In this document: positions 39,085-54,500 of the stretch, piece by piece
Position numbering within the stretch: position 1 is the first letter of the stretch
Layout of the letters: each line of letters begins with the position of its first letter
Assembly: GCA_030704615.1 (NCBI GenBank)
Contig: CM060732.1
Location: forward strand, 73,160,001-73,224,000
Direction of reading: 5' to 3'
DNA from: Takakia lepidozioides
Taxonomy: Eukaryota; Plantae; Bryophyta
Length of the DNA: 64,000 nt
Translations under genes and position numbers: made by a program
Notes under the pieces: generated by a model
What the model was told of the DNA's origin: nothing
The model's input: the letters and a program-made list of their open reading frames with translations, nothing else
The model's database searches: none

Positions 39085-41868
39085 ATGGCTGACAGCAGCA
39101 GGGGGATTTGGTATTTTGGTGATGAGGGCGAGATGATGAAGTTCGAAGGGAGGGGCCACCGAGTGTGGGTATGGGGCGCAGCGATTGCAATCTTCGTGGT
39201 GCCGATGATTTTTACGCCCAAGATTCGTCAAGATCAAGGATACCATCTTTTTGCCGACCGTCGCAAGTTTATACTGGGGTCGTTTCTTTGCCTTCATGAC
39301 AACAATTTTGGCTTAAGGTAATGGTTGCGTTGGACCATCGCTTTTGTCTGCTTTTCAAGCTGTAAGAGGAGTGACCTTGATAACATGGGTTTCAGCTTGA
39401 AGAAAGAATGACCATACTTTAAGTGGTTGGGGCATCAGAGTGGAGTGTGAATAGTGAAGAACAACTAGAATGCTGGCTTTTCGTGGCTATCCTCTCGCCA
39501 CAAACTCAGACAGATAGGTAGATGATGGATAGAGCTAAAGCCAATGGATAGCCGCTTTGCATGTCAACTTTATCAACAGGGACCTCAAGGCAGATCAGGA
39601 ATATGTAACAGGCACAATGAAGGTTAATATGTTGGATTTTAATTAGTAGTTGTTGTTTCATTTCATGATCAGCTCATTAATCATGTTCTCTGTTGGAGAC
39701 CAAGAAATGCAGTGACATGATCTATCCTGTCTCAGTTCATGGCAATTTTTTACTGGAAGGGTTGTGCAGTTTGAAGGGGGAAGTGTGGGGATGGATGGCC
39801 TCCTTTGTGGGCGTTGCTGCCACCTCATTTGGGTTGGCATATTACCACCTCAAGCCCAATGATGCTTGACTTGTGTGGGATCGCCTGCCTGTATGTGTGT
39901 GTGTGTCTCTCTCTCTCTCTCTCTCTCTCCCTCTCCATCCTTTGGCAATCAGACATGACAAGATACAGTTGTACTCGGAGCTATGGCATCTGCAAATGGT
40001 TTTATGTGGCTTCCTATAAGAAGCCACCCAGTGGGTGGTATACAAAACTCCCCTTCATGATGAATTTAAAGCAGGGACGTGCAAGCCCCTCATTGGGGCT
40101 GTGTGTGGGCTCAGATGACAATTGCATTTGCGTCAGTGATGGCTGTTTTTACAATTGAAAGAATCGACGAGACCACTGGACGGGCATCCTTTGCTCCCCT
40201 TTTCATTGCAGGGGTGTTTATTGTTGCTTATTGGCGGTATGTCCTTCCAATTTGCTCTTGGTTTCTTTTCTGCTGGAAAGGAGACAATTGGGTAAAAGAG
40301 GGTATTGTCATCAGTCTTCTTTTGAGCATGTTCATGGGGTGCCATTTGGTTTTGGATGCCCTATGAGCGAAATGTAGTGTGAAGGTCCGAAGCAGACTCT
40401 AATACTTCATCCGGTAGAAGGGTTTTGAGTACTCCAAGGTGCTTCCATTACAGTTCAGTGTGATTATGTCCTTGAATGACTTGATTACATGTGTCCACTT
40501 TTGTGGAGCAGGTTTGCAAATGATTTACGATTGTATGCGCTGGTGCACTTCGTGCCATGCCTGGCCATCCCTGCCATGGCTATTGTCTTGCCACCAAGTA
40601 TTCACACTCTTCCTATTTGCTCTGGGCAGCAGGTTCTCTCCCTGTCTACTTTCTCTCTTTTCTCAGTTCCCTTTTTAACTCTTGGGTGAGATGCAGATCC
40701 ACTCTTCATTTCGTTTTGGTGGCAGGCAGGAGTGGGCTTCTCTAAGAGAGCCATCACCCTCTTTGCCTTGGAGGTGCATTGGACCCCATATGTCAGCAAT
40801 ATTGAGGTTATTGTATTGTTGGTTTATTGTCAGAGTAGTGTCCATGGACACATGAGGGAGGGGATGTGGAGAAGCACCTACCAAAAGTCAGTGATTTAGT
40901 AATTTAGCCTCCATATCAGACTGTCATCATTGGCATGATTGTTATGATATCATGACGTTCTGGAACAACATACACTGATTAGGAGAGGAGTTAGTGATTT
41001 ATGAGCTAAACTGCCATCTGGCTGGGTGGAGGTAAGGTGGCCTAGAACAGCTTGGGTTCTGACATTAATCAAAGCTTACATGCAAGGGTCTGGAGTATAA
41101 TATGTTGTGGTGCTGGACTTGGAGGATTTCAGGCTGGTATTTACTGGCAAAGATAGAAGAGGCGTAAGACATGAAATTCACTGCCGTGTTATACCTGAAG
41201 GATTGTGGCGGGTTGAGGTGAATGATATCTATATTGCCAATTGTGTCTTGCCTCACCCTATCCCACCGCAAACAATGTTGGAGGATGTCGTCTACAGGGG
41301 GACGCATTTCATGGGCAGTGGGCACACTTTGAAGCATTTGTGCGCAGCCATGGTTCCGGTCATTACTATTGTCATGCTCTATCGCCGCAATATTCGTCTC
41401 AAAAGGTTTGTTTCGCCCGAGTACTGAAACACGTGCCCTGTTGGAGTGTCTTGAGTAACAGCCTCGGTTGTTTTGCTTTCCCAGACAGGTAATGCTGGAG
41501 GGTTAATACAAAAATACAGTGTAGCCAGGTGAATAATATTGTGTGGCCTCTTTGAGCTTTGGTTTAAGTTGTCATTGTGATTTCACTAGCATATTCTGAT
41601 AGGCACATTTGGAATAGTAACTCCACAGAGTTACTTGGGCTGAGAAGACAGTTTTGATTACTCAAGTATGCTCTTTTCGCTTGGGTTCTAAAAGTGTATT
41701 TTGGCAATGGCTTGAAAGCTGCAGACAGAGTCTGCTCGGAAAGTGGACAAGGCAATTGAGAGGGAGCTCAAGTCCACAAGAGGCGAGAGGTGTGTTGGAA
41801 AGGTGGAAGGCATACTGGAGCGGACTACCTGGTTCTCGGGAGGAAACTGAATATCTTGTTAGCGAATA
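39085..41868 (+). pseudogene. Alkaline (phyto)ceramidase-like membrane protein gene, apparently damaged
   Basis: QDQGYHLFADRR, YYHLKPNDA*LVWDRLP (TGA at 39867), MTIAF..ERID, DLRLYALV, PP/KYSHS frameshift near 40595, GWYLLAK, SGHTLKHLCAA. Confidence 0.75.
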
Positions 41869-42593
41869 AAGGGTCTGGTTGTATTGGTTCATTAGAAAGC
41901 AGTTAGTGCATTGATCTGTACGACAAGTTCCATTCAAATGCACTTCAACCCATCATCCAGAATACCTTGGAAGAAATTTACTAGTTGGGGGGTCGGTGGG
42001 TTTGGTCAGCAGGTCATTATGATGTTACCTCCTGCTTCCATCATACGATCGATAGCCATTTTCTGGCACCGATAATTTATCCTCGTTCGGTCTGCTTATG
42101 CTGTTGATTCTGTGATTTACTCATCAGCAGTAGTGAACTGGATCATGGTCCATGGAAGGCTGAGTGCATCTCCACCTGAGAAGCAGTCCTACGCATCTGT
42201 GACTAAACCACAAGAAAGCAAATCCATACCTTGATTACACCTAAGGAAAATATCTAAACACAGATGCCAAAAACTGCCCAAGAAGGAAAGGCTGTATAAC
42301 ATTGTGGACTCTCCTCTTCAAAGCATGACTGTGCTACTCTACTGCATGTAGATGATGCAAATAGTGCAGAAAGCATAAATAAACAATCATAAGGATTCAC
42401 AAGGATTCTTGCTCTGGACGAATGAAGATCTGTTGAGTGCGTGGATGAAGCATCGGGAGGAACCTTCGGAGTGTCGTGAAATGGGCGCTGTGTTTGAAGG
42501 TCGGATGCTTTGAAGGTGGGTGTGTGTAGGAAGAGAGAAGACACGGCGGTTTGCTCATGCAGTCGCCATTCCCTTGTGGAGGTAGCCGGAGAG

Positions 42594-45500
42594 ATGGCGG
42601 AGGGGGCAGGAGAAGAGGTAGTGTTAGATCGGATGCTAACAAGGTTAGCACTCACGGAGGATGCACAGCTGGAGAAAGTGCTGTCCAAGCTTCTCCCACT
42701 TGCCATTTCACGCCTGGGCTCCTCTCACCACCCTACTAAGCTGAAGGTAAGCTCTGTCTCGTAAAAATATAGTCTTAAATAATTTTAGGGTTATGATTGA
42801 CCTCTGCCCAATTCCCCTGCAGACCGCCTTGGTTTCCACAATTGAATTTCCACAACGAAGCTCTTCATGATCAATTGAATTTCATGGATTATCATTCATG
42901 GTAGGTATCCATCTTGCTTGCAATTTTGGCATACTGCAGTCCATGTATTCAATGCAGTCCATAGCACCCCATCAATTCATACGATTGGGTTTGAATGGGT
43001 CTGTGGTGCTCAGAGGTAGGAATATGGTTCGCCCTCCCCCAATTGCCTGTGTGGAGGGCTGTAGAACCCTCTGCAACTTGAGTTTGGAACAACTCTGTTG
43101 ACTCCCTAAATGTAGTTGCCATGTGAAAGACTGAATTTGTGGTATGTGCATATTGTTGCTTGCTACTGAAATAGCCATGTTTGGTTACCGAGTCTTGGCT
43201 CAGGGGTCTATCAGGGTATTCCCAATATATGGAGATACAATTGAATTATCAGCGGCCAATTAATTTGCTGTTTAGGAGATGTTACCTTAAGGCATTTGGT
43301 GCTCCATGTAACATAGGGTTTCTGATACCCTTTTGATACCCTTTTTCTGAAGCCAATAGCTTCAAAGTGTTTACATCTTGGGATTCATTTTGAGGGCTGC
43401 TCAGACATCCTCAAGCATCAAGTTTTGGGGCTAAATCTGTGGTCTATTGGAAACTAAATCAGGCTCCATCAGCAGCCTATCCACTAAATATGAGTAATGT
43501 CAGTCCTGGGTGTCCAGTAATAGTTTGCTGAGGCCCTGGATAACTGCCGCTCTAGTGGTCCTATAGCATCAAGCTGAGGTGCTGGGAATCTGTTGAGAAT
43601 TGGGCATGTAAGGACCAGAGTCTTTGGCGTGTGCTTTTAGGCCAAACACAGACGGATTCTTCATAACAAATGCACCTTTAGTCCCTCCCCTCAGTGGAAA
43701 GTTGTTAATATTTTGTTCATTTGAGGCAATTGACTTCACCAGCTGTGTTTGTATTGAAAACGTAATAGGCGTTTGCAAATGTTTGCTGCAGCTTGATCCG
43801 CGTGAGCGTCGGCCAACGCTGTGGGTTTGAAACTCTCTATTTGTCTCTGTGTATGGGAGGCAAATTGCAGTTCCTGCCTATATATTACGTTGTAAATGCA
43901 ATTGCAATTCATAAATTGCAGTGGTGGTGTACTTTTGTGGACAGGTGATGGAGATGCTGTCCCACATAAACAAGCGGGTAAAAGACCAGGTGTCTATCAA
44001 ACTTCCATTGGAGGACCTGCTGAAGCTCTATCAATCTCCAGATGCAGCTCCCATGGTTAAAAATTTCTCAATTGTCTACATTGAGATGGCATTTGACCGT
44101 TCTTCCTCGGAGGTGTGCTTGTAAGCTCAGTTGTGCAGCATGCAATTTGGATACTTACGGTCTGTGTTTGCTATGATGCATAAATGAATTTTATGGAGTG
44201 TGCTCAGAAGCCAGGAAAAGGGAGTGAAGGGAAAGAGTAATGATCAAGGGGAATCACCCCACCAGCCTTCTCAGTCATAAAGCAAGAGGGATGTATTCAT
44301 CCAACTTTTGGTTGCGATAGCCTTAAACCTCTGCTCGCTATTTTGAGCAAGAGGGAATAATTGACCATCCTTGCAAATCTACTAGTCCTATCTGGATTAT
44401 GTACTCTCCGGGAGCCTGTTTTGGTTCTAGAGGCTATTCCACCATTGAAGGTGAGTGAGACTATCCTGAAGCACTTGCAAACAGCCAATGGTATTCATTG
44501 CTGGGCCTTGAGAGCGTGTGACGTATGAGGTGGTATAGGCCTTATGCTAGTCAACACACTGATTTTGGCCAAAGATGTGGTGGTGGAAAATGCACTCATT
44601 ATGGGGAGGGAGGGAGTGGACTATGCAGAAGTCAACATGGTGCAAGTAATACATACACATGAAGAGAGCTGGTCTCTCAGTCAAGAAGATTCAATATAAT
44701 GATTTGCATTTTCAAGACAAGCTGTAGCTTATTTGGATGTGAATTGGCAGGAAAAAGTGGCAGTTGTGCCTACTTTATTGGCTGGTATTTCGCAATTGCC
44801 ATCCCAGCATCAGGATATTGTGTTACGCATGGCTGCTAAGGTTCTTTACATAGCCCCTGTAATTGAAACATAATTATGGAGAGCTGTCACTTGAATAGTG
44901 TCCCGGAGGAAATCTATGTTCATCAGCAATGCTGCAGCAATTATACCAAAGTCCTTGTTAGTTGTTGATGTTGTTACGAATTTAGTCCATGTGGTAGGGG
45001 TTTGCAGTTATTCTCTCGATTTTGTCCTTGAATGTGTCCTTGAATGTTACAATCTGATTCACGCCGCAGGAAAGATGTATTTATTGTCTTGTTCACATTA
45101 TCGGGTTGTTAACTTGTGAGAAAGTTTACACTCTCTCCTGCTTGTGCCCTCAGGGTCTGTTCAGGTTCTGCAGGTCTATGTCATGACTTTGATACCAGCT
45201 TGGGTGGTGGCCTTAGGGAATGGAGAAATATGCATCTTCTCGCATCGAGGACAATTTAGGGGTTAGCTACACGTTTGCTCAGGCCAGCGCTGATCGTGCA
45301 ATCTTTTTGGAGTTTAGCCTCCAAATGCTTCTGTATCAACCTCCGTCCACCACACCAGACGGGTATCCTCTCCTCTCGGCCTTGTATTTTTTGAGGATGT
45401 GTAGGCGTGTTCGAGTTAAGTTCTTCAGTGGGTTAACTGGTTTACCCTATAAGCATCTCATGCCTGCTGCTGTCTTTGGGCTGTGGTATATAGGATTACA

Positions 45501-48500
45501 GTTGCACCAGCAGGGCTTTCCCTGGAGCAAGTTGCACGGGTCGCTGGAAAACAACCACTCAAGGGTGATATGCTTGTGATACGCAAGGTAGCTTTCAAAT
45601 GTTGCTTTTCTCCCGAAACCACAGTTAGGTTTGTGAATCAATAGTGTCACTTCGTTGGTGGCTTTGGTGCTAAGCGATAATTCCAGTTTGTATTTTTGAA
45701 GTAACTATCCCCAGTCATTTGAATGTGGCAAAATTTTGAGGCATGTCTTCTTGGGCATCAAGTTATTGCATTTAAGCTTTGTACTCACTAATGAAACGCA
45801 AAACAGTAAAAATTGTTTCAATTTGGAAACATTGGACCTTATGGTCATGGCTACTGGTCAGATGGTTTAAAGCCACTGTCCAGGCACATGGAGGTGATTA
45901 CTCGTGTGGAATGCTTTTGCCTTAGCTTGCATATTTTTGATGGCTACATGGTTAGAAGCTTCTCTGAGAAAAGAAAAGTGCAAGTATGAAGACTGAAGAA
46001 GGGCAGTTGGTGACAGTTGGGCCTTCTCAACGTTTTGGCGGAGCTGGAGCTGGCGGCTGACCTTATGTATCCCCTTTTCCTTGTCGCCTCTGCAGACAGG
46101 TGGCTCTCACCATCTTGTAATCTTACATTAAGGTGTTTCACACTAGGTGTTCAGCTACTGCTCTTACTAGTGAGCCTGCTATTTAAATAGGCCAATGTGC
46201 CAATGTTCTCAATGCAATTGGTGAGTGTTGTGAATTTTAGCAATGAGCGTGTGTCCAAGAGAGGGGAGGAGTTGCTGAAGCGAAAGGCAAATGGAGCCAA
46301 CCTGGAAGACCCTTCATTGATCAGACGTCTGTTCTCTATCTTTCAAGGTATGGTTCAAGTGCACCATATGTTACATTGTAGACACTGGATAAGTGATTGT
46401 TTATATTTCCATTAAGTTTCTTTACACGTCAACACGTTGGGGCTATTTTCTGTCTACTTCCATGTTTCTGGAATAGTAGTGCTCCTTCCATGCATGGTAG
46501 GAGTTAAGGTATTTGAAAGAGTAGGTTTACAGGAACACGTGAGTTTGTGAGAGTGATTATACTGGTTTGGTCTTATTCGTTGTTCAGGCACAGTAAGTAT
46601 TGGAGGGGCAGCAGCGGCAAGAGTAGCGCCTGCTGGACCAGTTTTGAAGGCACGGCTGATGGCAACCTTTACACGATCATTGGCAGCTGCCAATTCTTTT
46701 CCTTCCACTCTCCAGTGTGTTTTCGATTGTATATATGGTAAGTAACCATTTGTAGTGAGCTCTTCAACTTGAAATCCAAAACAAAAGCACTCCTTTGCAA
46801 ACGTGGCCACACACAGTTGGCGATCAACCCTATGCTCCATGGGTCATTTTTATGCATATGGCTCCTATAGTTTCAAGCACATGCTTCTTTGACATAGTAG
46901 TTGAAATGGGTGGCTTAATACCCAGCACTGGAGTCAGTGGTCAGGATTACTACAAGTGGCAGCTAGCTACAGGCAAGGGTATCTGGTTCAAAGTTGCTCC
47001 TAGTGATCAATGCTTGAGGCAGGACACTTTTCAAGGGAGCTCATCTTTTGGCGTATTCATGTAGGCTCTGTACCTTATGGAAGGACGCGCAGCAGTCTCT
47101 GTTGCCTTTGTGAATGTAGAGGCGATTTACGTTGTTGATGAGGTGATTTAGTATTGACATAATCCTAGCTGGTGTTTGTTTGGTCTTTGTAGGAACTGGA
47201 ACCACAGTGAGGTTAAAGCATGCAGGCATGGAGTTTGCTGTCTGGATTTTCAAACATGTGGGTTTCCCTCTCCTTAAACACTTGAATGATATTCATAATT
47301 TTGCAAGTGTCCAGAAGGGGTTGGGGTTGCAAGTTTGTAAATCAGGAGCATTCAACAGATGGCCGAGTGGTTAGGGCACAAGGTCGCCTTACAAGCAGTC
47401 CTCGGTTCAAAACCATGAGTGTCTATTGGATACCACCCATTATAGCCAACCCAGCTATAAAAGTGGGTCAAAGGGTAAACCGGTCACCTGATGCGTGGGT
47501 ACCTGGGGGCTTTCAAGGCCTTCGGGGAGGTTTTCGGCAACCTTGTTACCCCGGTCACGTTCATTAGGTGTCCGGCAATTGCCCCTGTCAGGGTGAAGTG
47601 ACACCATAATTTATGCTCGCTTCGGCAGGAGTGAACCTTTTTGTATTTATTAAAACTTCGGGGTTGAGTGTGGGTGTCCATATTGCAGGCATCCAATGAG
47701 CAACTGAAACCGATGGCCCCTATCATTCTGAGTGGCCTTATCAAGCTGCTTGATGGACAGAGTGTCACTGACACTGGTGTGTTACTGAAGCTTGCATGCT
47801 CTCCCAGTTTGTTAATGAACAGTTGTACTGGTATTGTGATGATATGTTCATGTTTTGGCACTGTGTGGATGACGTTTGGCAGTCCAGCCTGTCAAGAAAG
47901 ACGGGCCTGTGTAGACTGTTTCTTGTCAAGGTTTTGAATGTGTTATCTCTTGGGTGGCTAAATCAACTGAAGTTTCGAGCACACACCCGGGTGATACTTA
48001 CTAACATCTGCCAAGCTATTGAGTCACAGTCTCCTAGTGCTTCCTGTTGGTCAACCTTAGTCGGGAGACTCTCATGTGTATGTGAGTTTCCATATTTGGT
48101 AACCTTATGCAAGCACACTTGTGGCCAAACACAGATGCATCATCCTTGCAGCTAAGAGCATTCACATATCAGGCAATTGGACAGCTGGCACAACGTGCCC
48201 CAAACCTTTTCAGGTCCCATCTCTCTGTGCTTCCAGCCTGTGTGCTTGTGTTTCCCTGATTGTTTGTTCCGATGAAAAATATTTTGGATATCTTGGATTG
48301 AAGCTTTGTTTTTGCAGCATGCAAGAATTGACATTGATAGACCTCTCTTTCTAGGTCTACTGTAAACATGTGATAATTAGAGGGAAGCCGATTTCAGCAA
48401 GAAGTGCAGGGCAGGGGCAAAACTTTCCGCTAGAATCTTGCTGGAAGTTGAATATCACAGGTTGTGAACATGATGGGATGGATCCTGTTACTGAACTCTT

Positions 48501-51500
48501 TCAAGCCTTAGGCCTTCAAGATCTCTGCAAAGTCAAGTTGAGGGATGATTTATGTGGTGGGTTGAGAAAACAAGAATTTTGAAGTGTCTTGATTGTGACC
48601 ATCAACAGTGGCAACACAAGCATGGCAGTTCGGATGTTTGGGGCATTACGTACTGAGTCCAATTCGATAAAGTCAACAGTGCAAGAAGCCCTGACCTCTT
48701 TAGCTGCTGCATACAAGGTACAGTCGGAGAATGGCTCCACTGGGGTTTGTTTACCTCTCAACTTGCAAACAGGAGTGTGTGCTATGGATTGGTGCTTTAG
48801 GTTGTTGCACTTTCGTTATGTGGAGGGGTCAATACGTGAAACTAGGCTTGAACATATGTTAATGTTTTTCCTAGCTTTGCAGGTGGCTGTCCTAATCTGG
48901 GCTCGATTGTGTGAATGGATTCATCAGGGATGCACTGGACCTGTGGCCAAGGAGGTGGAAACTCTTCTTGCAGAAAATGCAAATGCTGTAAGTCATCTTC
49001 TCTGTGAGGAGTTCTCCTGATTGATTTACTTCTTGGTGGTTACTGGTCTCTGTACACTTATGGAAGGCTACGGCAAACAACGTCTTATGAGTACATTCTG
49101 TACACTTATGGTTCGGTAGTATGTTTTGATTGTCTATTTCGCCAGTATTGGGCTGTATCCTACTTGGAAGTATACCAACTCTTAAAAGGTCCTTAATAGT
49201 GTGGGCTCTTTGGAATATTGGTGTATTATCAGAGGATCCATCCTACTCCACTACAGTGCCTCAACTTTGCTCATGTAGATATTCGTTCTGGTTGGTTCAG
49301 TTCGCCCCATTCATCTGCAGCAGCCTAAGTCCTTCAGATGCTTGTATTCCTGAAATGCTTCACTGTCAACCATTGAGTAGGTGCTGAGATGGCAAGCTCT
49401 AAGTTTACTATTATTCTGGCTCACTGTGTTGCAAAGGTGGAAGGAGAGGCAAGGTTTTGTGCCATATTGTGGGCCACGCGATTGTATTCGTTTGCACATG
49501 CACCAAGCCGCTTCCTATGTATGCTTGGTGCAGCTGACTCAAAGCTTGATATCAGGTATCATATTCCTGATTTACAGTCATCCTCTACTCCTTTCCCCCC
49601 CACCTGCCCTTGTGCATATGCAGTACTGTTTTCAATTACCTTCACCTAATTTTGTGTCTTATTGTCATGACTGCTGATAGGGAGATGGCACAGCAAGGTC
49701 TCACTGCTACTAAGAATGAGAAAGGAGATGCTGCTTCAGAGCTTTCTGGGACACCAGTGTCAGCTGTTGAATACCCTTCTCTGAACTCAATGATGAGTTT
49801 CATCTGTCAGCAACAGAGTGGGGTTTTGGCTCCCTCACCCCTGGGCGAACGTGCATTGTTGTTCTCTCCGAAGACCTATGTGGCAATGATCAGTTTTGTT
49901 CAACAGTGCTATGAGACCGAGCGAAGCAATGCGGCTGCTGGAAGCATTGGAAAAGGGAAATTGAAAGCTACAGAAGAATCACAAGGTCTGCTATCATGCA
50001 TCAGCTATTTGAATCTCCACTGGAATTTGTGGCACTCTTATGTACTTAACAGAAATTTTGAACCTGTCTAGCTTTTGATATACTTTTTGGCCTTTTCAGC
50101 TGGCACATTGAGAGACATTTCTCCAGAGGAGGCCTTTCGACTGTTGCTGGAGCATGGGATGGCATTCGATGGCACTGCTGAGTTGCACGCTTTGGCCAGC
50201 ACTGGGTTAGTTGCTTTGGCTGCTGCTAATCCGCAGGTAATGGTCTTAGTTCTTCTTCTGATTTTGTCTTTTTCTATTGTGTTCATGCTTGTTAGAAGTC
50301 CGAAAATTTGTCCTTGAAAGATCTGTACAGGATCTTCGCCCTCTGGATATCACCATGCCCTTCCGGACGTCCATGGCACTGCACACTAATGCATATTAAT
50401 ACTGTGTATGACACATCTCAGAAGTGAATGATCCCTAACTGCTTTGGTTTCTTGATAGCTTTCTTGCACCACACTTCAGGCCTTTACCCATCACGGTCTC
50501 AAATGCTTCAGAACCATGTAGGTTATCACTTTGATCATGAGCAGACATCTCATTGTTGTCTTGATGGTGGTTGGTCACAGAGAATAGCAGAGGTATACGC
50601 CAATCGATTGCCGTGGCTGAAGCAGTTTGTCGGACATGTTGACTCAACTACACGTGAGGCTGTTGCTCGGTTGATTGGTATAGCTACATCTGCACTCTCT
50701 TCTCCCCAAGCTGCAGCATTAATCCAGGAGTTCCTGTCTGCTTTCAATACCACCAAGATTGGCCGGTAAGTTCTCTACACGTACTGTACATAGTATTGGT
50801 GCCAGTATCCCAAATTCTCGTGTTTGTAGTGCAGCATATTTATTTCACATTTGGAATCACAGAGTTGTATATCAGTAAAGTATTTTCTAGCCTGTGAGGG
50901 TGGGTCCATGTACAGAGAATTATGTGATGATTAATTCCCCTGGGCTTTAATTTCCTTTTGGGTTTATTTGTGGGCAGGTTTGAGGACGTCCATGGGGCAA
51001 TTTGTGCAACTGGCTATGTCTTGGCCCAATGCATTACTGGCGAACCAGCAGTGAGTATCTTTTTAGTGCGTCTGCATCTGTGGCTTTGTTCTTTCCCTGG
51101 GCAGTCGATACAAACCTGCAATGTTCTGTGATATATACAGGAATGTACACTTCCACATGGTTGATATCTGTGATTTGTGGGACTTGGCAGGTGCCAGGGC
51201 CACTGTTGATAAGTGCCTTATCAGCTTTGATCGAAAAGATGACCGCCGCAAACTCGTCCTTGTCAGGCTCTGCTGCAGAAGCAGTAGGCCATGCAGGTCT
51301 CCGGGGGACCCTTCCCCTGCCAATCGGGAACCTAACTTCCGGTTTTTCTTCTGCAACTCCTGGCACTCTGACTCTTTCAGAAGCTTCAGGCAGCAACGAT
51401 GTAGTTCCTGGGCAAGGTACCAGGAATACTGGAACACCACTATCCGAAAGTCAAACCGACAACACAAGAGAACAAGAAAATGCTCAGACCCTGAAGGCAA

Positions 51501-54500
51501 GAGAGGAGAAAGAGGACCCGTCTCTGGCATTGATAGTCAAACGCTTGACCACTCTACTTGCATCTCAGGAGGTGAAGGTTGTGCAGAAGGCAGGGATTGC
51601 ATTCGGGCATCTGTGCTTCAGCAACCCAAGCCCGGAGTTTTCAAATGCTGCCCTGACAGCTGTCTTCTCTCTTAGCAGATGCAAGGTTTGCTTGTTCATG
51701 ATATCCTTCTTGTTCTTGGAAATACTTCTGCATGCAATGTGTCACTGGGTTATTTGCTGTCCTGAGAAAAACTGCTTGATGGGTTGCACCAGACACGTGG
51801 AAGACCTCTGGCTTTCATAGTGGGAAACAACATCCTTGTCATCAGGACTCAAATCATTTGTAGGGCTGCTGTTTACAGCTCAATGTTGGTGAACCTGTGA
51901 AAACAGATAGATTGTTCAGGAACCATAATTGACTCGTCAAAACTTCCTCTTTGCAAAGAGAGATTGCTTATGGCTTACATGGTCACCCTCATGTCTAGTC
52001 AAAAAGCTAAAGTTGGGGGAGCATTTTGTTCCTATTATGTCCAACATGTCCCAAATGTGGTGTTTGAGGCTTGCACCTATGCTGCATGCATCCCTAGTCT
52101 ACAGCAGGTTTCAAGCTAGATGTTACCTGTTGTAAATAGCACGAACATAACATACTCATTACAAATTACAGATGGATGTCGATGGATTTTAAGATTAATC
52201 CTACAGTAAGTGACATGGATCAGTGAGAATATGGATACAAAATTTTCTGACTCGATTTTGTCTGTACCTGAGGTGAGTACTTCAAAGTCCTGAAGCCATC
52301 ATTCACGTGATCTAAGGCTTGTGTGTTAAGTGCTAGTTTTTGGAGAGGCATCCAATGTGATTTATCTCATACTAGTCAGGGACATGCATGCAGGCTGAGG
52401 ATGTGCTTTTTTCAATTGGTGAAGCACTGGCATTCATATGGGGTGGGGTTCCCATCACAGCAGATAAGATTCTCAAGTCAAACTACACCTCTCTATCTGC
52501 TTCATCCAATTTCTTGGCAGGGGACGCACCTGCACCTGGGGATGATGTAGAGATGGTAGATGGTGGGACTAGCAGTAATAACAAAGACCAGGGCGAGTTG
52601 GGGAGGGAGAAAATTGTGCGCAAGCTATTTGACGAGCTTCTTTTCAGCAGCAGGAAAGAGGAGAGGTGTGCAGGAGCTGTCTGGCTTTTGTCAATCATCA
52701 GCTATTGTGGACACCACCCCCGAGTCCAGCTAATGCTTCCACAAGTTCAGGTTAGTGGTTGAACTTGCACCATCCATTCCCCTTCTAATTTCTGGAAGTT
52801 ATATATTATTTGCATTCAGTGTTATCTACAGGCTGGACTCAAGACCTAGCCATGTACTAAGTCAAACTCGAGATAGTATGGTATAACTCTCATATATTTG
52901 GCCAAGCATTTGGTGACTTTGACTGTGAGCGAGTTGATATATCTCTAGAGGGTGTTTATAAGTGGTTCCTTGATGAGACCCAACAGCTCCATGGTCAATG
53001 CTTCATGCAAGCATAGTAGATTCACATCCAAAAGTATTGGGGGTATTGACTTCCTTTATATCTGAAAAAGAAATTGGGTGTGGGGTTATGCAGGAGGCAT
53101 TTTCACATCTACTAGGTGAACAGAATGAGCTGACCCAGGAGATGGCATCACGAGGAATGAGTATTGTGTATGAGCTAGGAGATGCAGCTACGAAGGATGA
53201 GTTGGTAATGGCCCTTGTCTCCAACCTTACAGGTGCTGCTAAAAAGAAGCGGGCTGTCAAGGTAAGCCTTCGGTTTCTAGGCTTTGCCTTGAATGGATTA
53301 CACACCAGATGTCATTACTCCTCACTATGTGGCCTTTGATATTGCTCCAGCACTTCTGTCCGGATTATTGCTTGCTCATTCTGCATGCGAATACTTTGTA
53401 GACATGGACAGCATAAATATCAACTTCCTTACGTGTACACTTTTACTCACATAAAGTACTTCCATCTACCTACAGCTCATGGAGGATTCGGAGGTGTTCG
53501 AGGAGGGCTCAATCGGAGAAACTCCAGGTGGCGGTAATATCAGTACATACAAGGAGTTGTGCAACATTGCAAATGAAATGGGGCAACCAGATTTGATCTA
53601 TAAGTTCATGGACCTTGCTAACTATCAGGCCTCTCTGAACTCACGACGTGGTGCCGCATTTGGGTTTGCCCGGATTGCCAAACAGGCTGGTGAAGCATTG
53701 CGGCCTCACTTGCGCTCGCTTGTTCCAAAGCTTTTCCGGTACCAGTATGATCCTAACAAGAGGATCCAGGTTGGTTATAGTTCCTTTCACATAATTGTGT
53801 GTGGATGAATGTGATCAATGGAGCCATTATAATCCAGCTGGTATGGTACGCTTTGGGATGGAGTAGTGAAGTAAATCAAGAATTCGTGTTCTGTCAAAGG
53901 GAAAGTGTGTTTCATTTCAGTTTCAGTGGCATATGGTATCCTTTAGTTTATAGCAAGAGACTGTTTAGTAGTGGAAGTTAATTGTGAATGCAATTGCTTC
54001 GAAGACACTAAAGAGCTTCAGGTGGAAACCAGTGGTTGAGATACCTAGTATCAACTTAACTGAATGGATCCACAACTCCTGCATGTCCCATGCGATCTAC
54101 TGTGCACGATGGAAGAGAATGTTTGTCATGTGTATGAGCCTTTCAGCATATATTTGTAGGCATAGATCCACCTTGAGAATGACAAGCAAAGCTGTTTGGA
54201 TGTCTGCAGGATGCCATGGGACACATTTGGAGATCGCTTGTAGCAGAACCCAAGAAGACAACTGATGAATACTTTGATGATATCATGGAAGATCTGTTGA
54301 CACAGGCGGGCTCTCGGCTTTGGCGCTCTCGAGAGTCTTCCTGCCTGGCTCTTGCAGACCTTTTGCAAGGCCGCCGATTCAATGAGGTTTGCTGTCTGGG
54401 CTATTCCTCGATCTCTTGTAGATGCTCCGGAAAGGGTGCATGCATTACTGGTGTGTGTATCACTTTTACATTGGAGTGTCCTTAACATGGGTGCTAAATA

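Noticed and set aside
47613-47627. TGCTCGCTTCGGCAG resembles the 5' end of metazoan U6 snRNA
   Set aside because: Only 15 nt match, no downstream ACAGAGA box, and plant U6 has a different 5' stem; probably chance.
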